Positions 10,056-19,294 of a stretch of DNA of 64,000 bases are shown here, in pieces. The stretch's first letter is position 1. The number at the start of each line of letters is the position of its first letter. The stretch comes from an uncultured Gemmatimonadales bacterium (lineage in GTDB: Bacteria; Gemmatimonadota; Gemmatimonadetes; Gemmatimonadales; GWC2-71-9), in the NCBI GenBank assembly GCA_963771275.1, contig CAVYSW010000005.1, positions 122,460 through 186,459 of the forward strand, read 5' to 3'. Under the pieces are notes generated by a model. That model had not been told where the DNA came from, ran no database searches, and saw only the letters and a list, made by a program, of their open reading frames with translations. The position numbers and the translations under genes are program-made.

Positions 10056-11351
10056 ATGCGGATCATCCCCACCATCCGACTCGTCGCGCTGCTCACGCTG
10101 GCGACCGCGGCCGCGGTCGTCGCGCAGGGGCTGCCGCCGGATCGGCCCGAACGGCTCGGCTTCTCCGCGGAGCGGCTCGCGCGGATCGACCGCGTGATGC
10201 AGGAGGCGGTGGATCAGGGTCGAGTGGCGGGCCTCGTGACGCTCGTCGCACGGCACGGCCGGGTGGCGCAGGCGGGTGCCTACGGCTGGGCCGATCGCGA
10301 GGCCGGGCGCCGCATGACCACGGACGCGCTGTTCCGCATCGCGTCACAGACCAAGGCCGTGACCAGCGTCGCGGTGATGCTGCTGGTCGAGGAGGGGCGG
10401 CTGCGGCTGGCGGATCCGGTCGCCCGGTACGTGCCGAGCTTCGCGCGCGCCACGGTCGCCGTCGCGACCGACACCGGGCGGGTATGGGTGCCGGTCCGCC
10501 GGCCCATCACGCTCCGCGACCTGCTCACCCACACGGCCGGCATCTCCTACGGCACCGACTCGCTGGTGCAGGACCTCTATCGGCCCGTCGGGCTGGGACC
10601 GGCGGCCGGCTACGGGTGGTACTTCGCCGACAAGAAAGAGCCCGTGTGCGACGACGTCGATCGCCTGGGGACGCTGCCGTTCGTCGCGCAGCCGGGTGAA
10701 CGATTCGTCTACGGCTACGCCACGGACGTTCTGGGCTGCGTCGTGGAGCGCGCCTCGGGGCAGTCACTCGCCGACTTCTTCGCTTCCCGCGTCTTCCGGC
10801 CGCTCCGCATGACGGACACCCATTTCTTCGTTCCGTCGGACGATCGGGGAAGGCTCACGGCGGTCTACACCGTTTCGGACGGGGGCCTGGCGCGCGCGGG
10901 GGAGGGGTCGCGCGGGCAGGGGGCCTACGGGGACGGCCCGCGCGCCAGCTACTCGGGGGGTGCGGGACTCGTGTCGACGGCGGGCGACTACCTGCGCTTC
11001 CTGGAGATGCTCCTCGAAGGCGGCGTGCTCGACGGGGCGCGCGTGCTCGGATCCAGGACCGTGGCGCTGATGACCGCGGACCAGCTCGGCGCGCTCTACG
11101 GCAGCACAGGCTACGGGTTCGGATTGGGGTTCCAGGTGCTGGTGGATCCGGGCCGCGCCGGTCAGTTCGGCTCCCCTGGCCTGTACGGGTGGGGTGGCGC
11201 GTACGCCACGAGCTACTGGGTGGATCCGCAGGAAGACCTGGTCGGGGTCTTCATGGTGCAGCTGCTGCCGAACCCGGGGCTCGATCTCGCCGACCGGTTC
11301 CGCGCGCTGGTCTATCAGGCGATCGTCGCCCCATCGCCGCGACGCCCCTGA
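10056..11351 (+). CDS. Serine hydrolase, beta-lactamase (AmpC-like) family
   Basis: FRIASQTK (SxxK), LLTHTAG, YG motif, GWGG; signal peptide. Confidence 0.9.
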   Translation: MRIIPTIRLVALLTLATAAAVVAQGLPPDRPERLGFSAERLARIDRVMQEAVDQGRVAGLVTLVARHGRVAQAGAYGWADREAGRRMTTDALFRIASQTKAVTSVAVMLLVEEGRLRLADPVARYVPSFARATVAVATDTGRVWVPVRRPITLRDLLTHTAGISYGTDSLVQDLYRPVGLGPAAGYGWYFADKKEPVCDDVDRLGTLPFVAQPGERFVYGYATDVLGCVVERASGQSLADFFASRVFRPLRMTDTHFFVPSDDRGRLTAVYTVSDGGLARAGEGSRGQGAYGDGPRASYSGGAGLVSTAGDYLRFLEMLLEGGVLDGARVLGSRTVALMTADQLGALYGSTGYGFGLGFQVLVDPGRAGQFGSPGLYGWGGAYATSYWVDPQEDLVGVFMVQLLPNPGLDLADRFRALVYQAIVAPSPRRP

Positions 11352-11362
11352 CCCCGGGTGGG

Positions 11363-12088
11363 TCAGTCCCTGCCGTCCTTGAGGGCGAGCGCGATGTAGC
11401 GCTCGAGCTCCTCCGCCGACTTGGCGCCGCGGAGCCGCCGGCCGTTGATGAACAGCGTTGGGGTGCCGTTCACGCCCAGCTCCCAGCCGTCCAGCAGATC
11501 GCGCGCCACCGCGGTCCGCGTCTCCTCCGCTTGCAGGCACGACTCGAACGCCGCGAGGTCGAGACCGGCCGCGGCCGCATGGGCGCGGAGTACGGCGTCC
11601 GAAAGCGGCCCGGTGTCCCGCAGTAGCGCGTCGTGGTACTCCCAGAAGCGCCCCTGGCGGTAGGCGCACTCCGCCGCCTGGGCGGCCGCGATCGCGAACG
11701 GGTGGAGCGCGGCGAGCGGGAAGTTGCGCACCACGTAGCGGACGCTGTCGCCGTAGCGGGTCAGCACGACGGGCAGGATCTCCGTCGCATGCCGGCGGCA
11801 GAACGGGCACTCGTAATCGGTGAACTCGACGATCGTGACGGGCGCATCAACCGGGCCGCGGGACGGGCGGTCGGTGATCGGCACCGCGGCCGGCACCGCG
11901 TCGGCGTAGTCGGCCGCGTCACCCGCGAGGCGCGCGGCTGCCGCGCTGCTGCGGATGCGCTGGACCGTGCGGACGCCGAGGAACAGCCCGGCGCCGCCCA
12001 GCAGCCCCGCCAGGACGGCGGCTACCACCATCGCATGATTGGCATTCAGGGCGATCGCGATCCGGTCGCCCTTGCGGTGGATTTCCAT
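11363..12088 (-). CDS. DsbA/thioredoxin-fold protein with N-terminal membrane anchor
   Basis: EFTDYECPFC active site, GVNGTPT cis-Pro loop; start refined to MEIHRKG. Confidence 0.88.
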   Translation of the reverse strand: MEIHRKGDRIAIALNANHAMVVAAVLAGLLGGAGLFLGVRTVQRIRSSAAAARLAGDAADYADAVPAAVPITDRPSRGPVDAPVTIVEFTDYECPFCRRHATEILPVVLTRYGDSVRYVVRNFPLAALHPFAIAAAQAAECAYRQGRFWEYHDALLRDTGPLSDAVLRAHAAAAGLDLAAFESCLQAEETRTAVARDLLDGWELGVNGTPTLFINGRRLRGAKSAEELERYIALALKDGRD

Positions 12089-12275
12089 GCGGAGAATGTG
12101 CGGCTCAGGCGCACGTGGTGCCAGGGTTTGCGCGCCGGCTGCGGCGGGGGTTGCGGGGCAGCGTCCCGTCTCCGATATTGGCCGCGGTCGCGCCTCCGCG
12201 GCACCGCGGCCGACGGGGTGCGCGCAACCACTGCGCCGGAACCGATTCCACCTCCAGGAAGGAGAGGACGCCCCA

Positions 12276-12503
12276 ATGCGCAAGTCCGGATTCCTGTTGT
12301 TGGCAGCCGGAGTGGCAGTGGGCACGGCAGCGATCGGGCTCGCCTGCGGCGGCGATGAAGGGTGCCCCGGCATCGTCTGCTCCGACTGCGGTGCGTTCGG
12401 CGACTGCAACATCTCGTGTACCGCCCCGGAGGTGCAGTACTGCGGCAACTTCGGGCTCTCCACCGACCCGACGTATCGGTGTACCTACTGCGGACCGCCA
12501 TGA
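12276..12503 (+). CDS. Small cysteine-rich lipoprotein (75 aa)
   Basis: AGGAGAGG before ATG; signal ending GLA-C; 8 further Cys in the mature part; followed by a perfect hairpin. Confidence 0.75.
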   Translation: MRKSGFLLLAAGVAVGTAAIGLACGGDEGCPGIVCSDCGAFGDCNISCTAPEVQYCGNFGLSTDPTYRCTYCGPP

Positions 12504-12542
12504 TCGGCGGCACCGCGGAGCCGCTCCGCCGCGTGACGCGCC

Positions 12543-12573
12543 AACGCCCGACCCGCCCCGCGGGTCGGGCGTT
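12543..12573 (+). terminator. Perfect 14-bp stem hairpin downstream of the Cys-rich lipoprotein gene
   Basis: aacgcccgacccgc-ccc-gcgggtcgggcgtt; U-tract is weak. Confidence 0.55.
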
Positions 12574-12669
12574 CGCCTTCATCCGGGGTGGCGGAAGGCG
12601 GTACCGCGGGACAACTTCGCGTGCGTGAGCCGAGCCCACCGTTCCGGTGTGCGGCTCGCCTCCGGCACC

Positions 12670-13599
12670 ATGACCGACACCCTCTCTCGTCGAGCATTCG
12701 TGGAAGCTACGGGCGCCGTGCTGCCCGCGGCGTTCCCGTGGGTTACGGGAGGTCGCTGTGCGGCACCGCGGCCGGATGAGCCGCTGTTTCGCATCTCCCT
12801 CGCCGAGTGGTCGCTCCACCGGGCGCTCGGCAGCGGGACCCTCGATCACCTCGACTTCCCGCTGGTGGCGCGGCGCGACTACGGGATCGAGGCCGTCGAG
12901 TACGTCAACACGTTTTTCCGGGGCAGGGGGACCGACGAGCGCTATCTCGCGGCGCTGAAGGCCCGGGCGGCCGATCACGGGGTGAAGAACGTCCTCGTCA
13001 TGTGCGACGGCGAGGGTGCGATCGGCGATCCGGATCCCGCCGCGCGCACCCGGACGATCGAGAACCACTTCAAGTGGCTCGATGCCGCCGCGGTCCTCGG
13101 TTGTCACTCGATTCGCGTGAATGCGCAGTCGCAGGGAAGCGACGCCGAGCAGCACGACCTGGTGGTGGACGGGCTGCGCCGGCTGACGGAGGTGGCGACC
13201 CTGCGCGACCTCAGCGTCATCGTGGAGAACCACGGTGGGCTTTCGTCCAACGGCGCGTGGCTCGCGGCAGTTATCCGGGCAGTGGGACACCCGCGGTGCG
13301 GCACGCTGCCCGACTTCGGGAATTTCCAACTTGGCGGGAATGAGTGGTACGACCGCTACCGGGGCGTCGCCGAGATGATGCCGTTCGCCCGGGCGGTGAG
13401 CGCCAAGTCCCACGACTTCGATGCCGAGGGCAACGAGCAGCACACGGACTTCCGCCGGATGCTGCGGATCGTGCTCGATGCCGGCTACCACGGTCACGTC
13501 GGGATCGAATACGAGGGAAGCGGGTTGAGCGAGCCCGACGGCATTCGCGCTACCAAAGCGCTGCTCGAGCGCGTCCGCGCCGAGCTCACCGGGGCATAG
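12670..13599 (+). CDS. Tat-exported sugar phosphate isomerase/epimerase (xylose isomerase-like TIM barrel)
   Basis: SRRAFV Tat motif; ISLAEWS, VENHGG, LPDFGNF, VSAKS, GIEYEG. Confidence 0.9.
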   Translation: MTDTLSRRAFVEATGAVLPAAFPWVTGGRCAAPRPDEPLFRISLAEWSLHRALGSGTLDHLDFPLVARRDYGIEAVEYVNTFFRGRGTDERYLAALKARAADHGVKNVLVMCDGEGAIGDPDPAARTRTIENHFKWLDAAAVLGCHSIRVNAQSQGSDAEQHDLVVDGLRRLTEVATLRDLSVIVENHGGLSSNGAWLAAVIRAVGHPRCGTLPDFGNFQLGGNEWYDRYRGVAEMMPFARAVSAKSHDFDAEGNEQHTDFRRMLRIVLDAGYHGHVGIEYEGSGLSEPDGIRATKALLERVRAELTGA

Positions 13600-13604
13600 C
13601 CCAC

Positions 13605-14657
13605 ATGCGGGAGGCCGCGCGGATCGCCCGGAGGTTCGCGACCCTGGTCGAGATGGGGTTCGAGCGGGCGGACCACGCGCCCGTCGCCACCGACGTCATC
13701 CGGCTCGACCCGGCGACCGCGCAGGTCGTGGGCGGGCGCCCCGCGATGGGCACGCTGGTGTCCGTCTCGGCCGTGGGCGAATCGCCGGACCGGCTGGAGG
13801 AGGCGATCGGGCGGGCGTTCGCAGAGATGGACCGCCTGATCGGGCTGCTCACCCGGTTCGAGCCTGCCTCCGCCGTGAGCCAGCTCAACGCGACCGGCCG
13901 GCTCGAGGGGGCACCGCCCGAGGTCGTGCGCGTCGTGCGGCGCGCGCTCGAGCACCACGCGCTGAGCGGCGGGGCGTTCGACGTCACGGTCGCGCCGCTC
14001 GTGGATCTGTTCGCCGACCGGTTCGGCCGCGACACGCCTACCGAGCCCACGGCGGCGGAGATCCGCGACGCCCTCGAGCGCGTGGGGTCGCGGCACGTCG
14101 CGGTTGCGCGGCGGCGGATCAGCTTCGCGCGCGAGGGCGTCGCCGTCACGCTCGACGGCATCGCCAAGGGCTACATCGTGGACGGGATGGCGCGGGCGCT
14201 CGACCGGCGCGGGGTCACGCGCTATCTGATCAACGCGGGCGGCGACATCCGGACGCGAGGGATGAAGCAGCGCGGGCGCCCGTGGACGATCGCGGTGCGG
14301 CATCCGTCGCGGAGCGGCGCGTTCGCGGACGCGATCCACGTGACCGACGCGGCGGTCGCCACGTCCGGGAGCTACGAGGTCTGGTTCGACGACGACCGCG
14401 CGTTCCACCATATCGTGAGCGCGCAAACCGGGCGGTCCCCAAACGGCGTGGCGAGCGTGTCGGTGGTCGCCCCCACGGCGATGGCGGCCGACGCGCTGGC
14501 CACGGGCACGTTCGTGCTGGGGCCGCGCGACGGGGTCGCGCTGATCGAGCGGCTGCGCGGGTGCGCATGTCTGATCATCGATCGGGACGGGCGGCAGTGG
14601 AGATCGCGGGGCTGGAGGAGTGCACCACGCACTGAGGGAGACGAGGTGGCGTCATGA
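13605..14657 (+). CDS. apbE: FAD:protein FMN transferase (ApbE family), no evident signal peptide
   Basis: MGT, FDVTV, LDGIAKGYIVD, NAGGD, ATSGSYE, HIV, ADALAT. Confidence 0.92.
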   Translation: MREAARIARRFATLVEMGFERADHAPVATDVIRLDPATAQVVGGRPAMGTLVSVSAVGESPDRLEEAIGRAFAEMDRLIGLLTRFEPASAVSQLNATGRLEGAPPEVVRVVRRALEHHALSGGAFDVTVAPLVDLFADRFGRDTPTEPTAAEIRDALERVGSRHVAVARRRISFAREGVAVTLDGIAKGYIVDGMARALDRRGVTRYLINAGGDIRTRGMKQRGRPWTIAVRHPSRSGAFADAIHVTDAAVATSGSYEVWFDDDRAFHHIVSAQTGRSPNGVASVSVVAPTAMAADALATGTFVLGPRDGVALIERLRGCACLIIDRDGRQWRSRGWRSAPRTEGDEVAS

Positions 14658-15169
14658 CCCAAGGATCATCCCGTACCGGCGTTCAAACGGCGGCTCTGGT
14701 CACACTCCGCATCCTGATCGGCTGGCACTTTCTGTATGAGGGCCTGGCCAAGGTACTGAGTCCGTACTGGACCTCTGCGGAGTACATGGACCAGGCGCGC
14801 TGGCTGTTCCGGGGGCTGTTTCACAGCCTCGCGGCGAGCCCCACCGCCGTGACGATCGTGGACCTCCTCAACACCTGGGGACTCACGCTGATCGGAGCGG
14901 GGCTGCTGGTCGGACTGCTGACGCGCACGGCCACGGCGTCCGGGCTGCTGCTGCTCGTGTTGTACTACATCGTGGCGCCGCCGTTCGTCGGCTTGCTGTA
15001 CGCCATGCCGGCGGAGGGGAGCTACCTGGTCGTCAACAAAGTGCTGGTCGAGGCCGCCGCCCTGCTGGTACTGCTCGCGTTCCCGACGGGCCATCGGTAT
15101 GGCCTGGACGCACTCGTGTTCCGGAATCGCGGCGCTGCCTACCAGGCCCCCGAGCGGGCCGGCGCCTGA
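14654..15169 (+). CDS. DoxX family membrane protein
   Basis: LRILIGWHFLYEGLAK; about four TM helices; GLLTR; YGLD; ATGA overlap with apbE. Confidence 0.85.
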   Translation: MTQGSSRTGVQTAALVTLRILIGWHFLYEGLAKVLSPYWTSAEYMDQARWLFRGLFHSLAASPTAVTIVDLLNTWGLTLIGAGLLVGLLTRTATASGLLLLVLYYIVAPPFVGLLYAMPAEGSYLVVNKVLVEAAALLVLLAFPTGHRYGLDALVFRNRGAAYQAPERAGA

Positions 15170-15178
15170 GGACACCCG

Positions 15179-16777
15179 ATGACCGACGAAACCAAGCAGC
15201 CAAGCGCGACCAAGGCGCCGGCCGATGACTCGACGCGGATCAGCCGGCGGGGCCTGCTCAAGGCCCTGGTCTCCCTCCCCGTCGTGGGCGTCTTCGTCTA
15301 CAACTTTCTCAGGAAGAAGGCGGCGGACGACGCCAAGCGGCGGGCGATCCTCGCCGAGCTCGGCGTGGCCGAGGGTGGGCCGGCCGTCATTCCGAACGCC
15401 ATCTCGCAGCCACCCAGCAAGAAGCTCCGGGTGGGCATCATCGGGTACGGTGGGGAAGGCGAGTCGCTGGTTCGTCACGCCGGGTTCGCGCACCCCGACT
15501 GGGTCGACGGCGCGCGCAAGAGCGTGCGGGAGAACCCGCGCGACAAACAGCTCGAGACGTATCTCAACCAAGACGACCTCAACATCGCGATCACGGCGGT
15601 GTGCGATGTGTTCGACGTGCGCGCCGAGCGTGCCATCGCCGCGTCGCAGGTGGACGTGCGCTCGGGCGGCGGGCCGGCGCTGCCGGCGGCCAAGCGGTAC
15701 GCGCGCTACACGGACCTGCTCGAGAGCGGCGACGTGGATGCCGTGATCATCGCGACGCCCGATCACTGGCACGCGCGGATGACGATGGATGCCGCGGCGG
15801 CGGGGATCCACGTCTACTGCGAGAAGTGCATGACCCGGACGGCCGAGGAGGCGGTCGCGGTCCACGACGCCGTGACCAGGTCGGGCATCGTCTTCGAGCT
15901 CGGTCATCAGAACCGGCAGTCGGAGGCGCACAACAAGGCGCGCGAGATCATCGCGGCCAAGATCCTGGGGCCCATCACGCTGGTCGAGTCCACGACGAAC
16001 CGCAACTCGCCGTGGGGTGCCTGGGTATGGGACATTCACAAGGACGGGAACCCGAAGACGATCGACTGGGCGCATTTCGAGGAGCCGGCCCCACACAAGG
16101 TGCCGTTCAGCCTCGAGCGCTTCTTCCGGTGGCGCTGCTGGTTCGACTACGGCACCGGCCTCTCCGGCGACCTGCTGTCGCATGAGTACGACGGGGTGAA
16201 CCAGATCCTCCAGGTCGGGATCCCGCGCTCGTGCGTCGCGTCCGGGGGGATCTACTACTTCAAGGACGGACGCGACGTACCGGACACGTTCCAGGCCGTG
16301 TACGAGTACCCCGACCGGGATCTCACGTTCGTCTACAGCGCCACGCTGGCCAACGGACGCGATCGCGGCCTCGTATTCATGGGACACGACGCCTCGATGC
16401 GCGTGAGCGGCAGCCTCACGATTCAGGCGGACTACGAGTCGACGCGCTACGAGCAGAAGATCAAGGACGGCGTGATCGACCCGGGACAGCCGATGTTCAC
16501 GTACCGTCCGGGCTTCAAGGGGATCGACGCCGTGACGTCGGCGACGGAGCAGTACTTCGCCAGCCGCGGGCTGCTGTTTACGTATCGGGGTGGGCGGCGG
16601 ATGTCGGCCTACCATCTGCTCATCGCGGAGTGGCTCGACGTGATCCGGAACGGCGGCACGACGAGCTGCAGTGTGGACCGCGGCTTCGAAGAAGCGATCA
16701 CGTGCCACATGGCCACGCGGTCGTATCTGGAGGGCAGGAAGGTGACCTGGGACGCTCGGCGCAGGGTGATCGTGTAG
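15179..16777 (+). CDS. Tat-anchored Gfo/Idh/MocA oxidoreductase with putative flavinylation motif
   Basis: SRRGLLK plus hydrophobic helix; GIIGYGGEG; IATPDHWH; YCEKC; RWRCWFDYGTG; DAVTSAT at aa 450-456. Confidence 0.9.
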   Translation: MTDETKQPSATKAPADDSTRISRRGLLKALVSLPVVGVFVYNFLRKKAADDAKRRAILAELGVAEGGPAVIPNAISQPPSKKLRVGIIGYGGEGESLVRHAGFAHPDWVDGARKSVRENPRDKQLETYLNQDDLNIAITAVCDVFDVRAERAIAASQVDVRSGGGPALPAAKRYARYTDLLESGDVDAVIIATPDHWHARMTMDAAAAGIHVYCEKCMTRTAEEAVAVHDAVTRSGIVFELGHQNRQSEAHNKAREIIAAKILGPITLVESTTNRNSPWGAWVWDIHKDGNPKTIDWAHFEEPAPHKVPFSLERFFRWRCWFDYGTGLSGDLLSHEYDGVNQILQVGIPRSCVASGGIYYFKDGRDVPDTFQAVYEYPDRDLTFVYSATLANGRDRGLVFMGHDASMRVSGSLTIQADYESTRYEQKIKDGVIDPGQPMFTYRPGFKGIDAVTSATEQYFASRGLLFTYRGGRRMSAYHLLIAEWLDVIRNGGTTSCSVDRGFEEAITCHMATRSYLEGRKVTWDARRRVIV

Positions 16778-16803
16778 GGGAGACGCGAGACGGAGGAGAT
16801 GAC

Positions 16804-18024
16804 GTGAGCACAACGGTCCGCCTGTGCGCGATGATGTTCCTGCAGTACGCGATCTGGGGCGCGTGGGCTCCCGTGCTCTCGGCGCACCTCATCGGCAACC
16901 TGGGGTTCAGCGGCGGGCAGGTCGGCTGGATCTACGCCCTGCTTCCCCTGGCCACGATCGTCTCGCCGTTCATCGGGGGCCAGGTCGCGGATCGGTACTT
17001 CGCGTCGGAGAAGGTGATCGGCTGCCTCGCCCTGACCGGCGGCGCGCTCCTGGTCGTGGTATCGCGCACGACGGATTTCACAGTCATGAGCGGGCTGATG
17101 CTGCTCTACTGCCTGCTCTACGCCCCCACCCTCGCGCTCACCAACTCGATCGCGATGATCAACCTGAAGGACTCCGAGGAGGAGTTCGGGCGGATCCGCG
17201 TGTGGGGCACGCTCGGCTGGATCGCCGCGGGCCTGACGCTCAGCGGGTGGCGCTGGCTGGCGCGGGACGGCGTGATGCCCGTGGTCGCCGGGGACACGCT
17301 GCTGCTCGCCGGGGTGCTCTCGATCGTGATGGGCATCCAGTCGTTCACGCTGCCGCATACGCCCCCCCGCACGGAGGGTGTGAAGCCGTGGGCCTTCGTC
17401 GAATCGCTGAAGATGCTGCGGGTCAGGGACTTCGCGATCTTCGTCGGGATCACGTTCGTCGTCGCGACCGAGCTCGAGTTCTACTACATCCTGACGGCCC
17501 CGTTCCTCGAGGCGAAGATCGGCGTATCGAGCGCCAACGTGCCCGCGGTGATGACGGTGGGTCAGCTCGCCGAGATCTTCGTCATGGCGTTCTTCCTGTC
17601 GCGGGCGCTGAAACGCTACGGCATGCGGAGGACGCTCGCGATCGGGGTGATCGCGTGGCCGCTGCGCTACATCGTGTTCGCCGTCGGGAGCCCGGGGTGG
17701 CTGGTGATCGCGTCGCTCGCGCTCCACGGCTTCTGCTACGTGTTCTTCTTCGTCGCCGCGTTCATCTACGTGGACAAGGTGGCGCCGCCGGACGTCCGGG
17801 CCTCGGCGCAGAGCCTCATCGCGATCGTGGCGCTGGGATTCGGACGGTTCCTGGGCAGCCTGTTTGCCGGCCGTATTCGGGACGTGTTCACGACGGACGC
17901 GGGGACGAACTGGACCCATGTGTTCCTCGTCCCGTGCGCGCTCACCGTGCTGTGCGCGGTGGCGTTTCTGCTGTTCTTCCGGGAGAAGACGCCGCCGCGG
18001 CCACTGGAGCAAGTCCATGGGTAA
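16804..18024 (+). CDS. MFS transporter, nucleoside:H+ symporter (NupG/XapB-like) family
   Basis: MMFLQYAIWGAW, ADRYF, RVWGTLGWI, LHGFCY; GGAGG before GTG. Confidence 0.9.
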   Translation: MSTTVRLCAMMFLQYAIWGAWAPVLSAHLIGNLGFSGGQVGWIYALLPLATIVSPFIGGQVADRYFASEKVIGCLALTGGALLVVVSRTTDFTVMSGLMLLYCLLYAPTLALTNSIAMINLKDSEEEFGRIRVWGTLGWIAAGLTLSGWRWLARDGVMPVVAGDTLLLAGVLSIVMGIQSFTLPHTPPRTEGVKPWAFVESLKMLRVRDFAIFVGITFVVATELEFYYILTAPFLEAKIGVSSANVPAVMTVGQLAEIFVMAFFLSRALKRYGMRRTLAIGVIAWPLRYIVFAVGSPGWLVIASLALHGFCYVFFFVAAFIYVDKVAPPDVRASAQSLIAIVALGFGRFLGSLFAGRIRDVFTTDAGTNWTHVFLVPCALTVLCAVAFLLFFREKTPPRPLEQVHG

Positions 18025-19279
18025 CCTCGCAGGCAAGCGGCTGGGGGTCGGTCTGATCGGCGGCGGGTTCGTCGCCAGGTTCCACATCCGGTCCTGGGTG
18101 GGTGTGCGGGACGCGGACATCCGGGGGAGCGTGAGCCGGAACGACGGCACGGCGGAAGAGGCGGCGGTCCTGGCGCGGCGACTCGGCGTCGGGGACGCCA
18201 AGGTCTACCGCACGATCACGGACATGGTAGCGGACCCCGCGATCCACGCGCTCTGGATCTGCGCGCCGAACTTCACCCGCATCGAGGTCATGGAGGAGAT
18301 CGTCCACGCGATCGAGTCGGGGAAAGGCACGCTCGTCGGGGTAGCGTGCGAGAAGCCGCTCGGCCGGAACGCGGCGGAAGCGCGCCGCATGCTCGAGCTG
18401 GCGCGCCGCGTAGGGCTGCTCGACGGCTACCTCGAAAACCAGCTCTTCTCGCCGGGCGTGGTCCGGGGCAAAGACATCGTGTGGAGCCGGGGCGCGGCGC
18501 TCACGGGGCCACCCTTCCTGGCGCGCGCCGCGGAGGAGCACAGCGGCCCGCACATGCCGTGGTTCTGGGAGGGAGCCCTGCAGGGAGGAGGGGTCCTCAA
18601 CGACATGATGTGCCACTCGGTCGAGGTCGCCCGGTTCCTGCTCACGCCCCCCGGCGCGACGCGCGACGCGCTCACGCCGGTCAAGGTCACGGCCCATACG
18701 GCGTGCCTCAAGTGGCAGCAACCCCGCTACGCCGATCGTCTCGCGCGGGACAGTGCAGGAAAGACGGACTACCGGAACCGGCCCGCCGAGGATTTCGCCC
18801 GCGCCCTGGTGGAGTTCCGGGCGGCGGACGGAAGCCGGCGGCTCGTCGAGGCCACGACGTCCTGGTGCTTCGTCGGCGCGGGTCTCCGGCTCAGCATGGA
18901 GCTGCTGGGCCCGGAGTACTCGCTGGCCGTGAACTCGCTGGATGCCGGGCCGAAGATCTTCTTCAGCCGGGAGGTGCGCGGCGCGGCCGGCGAGGACCTC
19001 GTGGAGAAACAGAACGCGGAGATGGGGCTCATGCCGGTCGTGAGCGACGAAGAGGCCGAGTACGGATATGTGGGGGAGAACCGGCACATGGTGCAGGCGT
19101 TCCGGGAGGGGCGACGCCCCGCGGAGAGCTTCACGGACGGGGTCGCCGTGACCGAACTCCTGATGACGGCGTACATGAGCGCGGAGCAGGAGCGCACGAT
19201 CGCGTTCCCGCCGCCCGATCTAGCGGCGTTCGTGCCGGCCGTGGCGAGGGGGCAATGGAATCCGGGCCAGCCCGCGTAG
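18017..19279 (+). CDS. Gfo/Idh/MocA oxidoreductase (no signal peptide)
   Basis: GLIGGGFVA Rossmann motif, CEKPLG, GGGVLNDMMCH. Confidence 0.9.
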   Translation: MGNLAGKRLGVGLIGGGFVARFHIRSWVGVRDADIRGSVSRNDGTAEEAAVLARRLGVGDAKVYRTITDMVADPAIHALWICAPNFTRIEVMEEIVHAIESGKGTLVGVACEKPLGRNAAEARRMLELARRVGLLDGYLENQLFSPGVVRGKDIVWSRGAALTGPPFLARAAEEHSGPHMPWFWEGALQGGGVLNDMMCHSVEVARFLLTPPGATRDALTPVKVTAHTACLKWQQPRYADRLARDSAGKTDYRNRPAEDFARALVEFRAADGSRRLVEATTSWCFVGAGLRLSMELLGPEYSLAVNSLDAGPKIFFSREVRGAAGEDLVEKQNAEMGLMPVVSDEEAEYGYVGENRHMVQAFREGRRPAESFTDGVAVTELLMTAYMSAEQERTIAFPPPDLAAFVPAVARGQWNPGQPA

Positions 19280-19294
19280 GGCGGAGGAGGCAGC

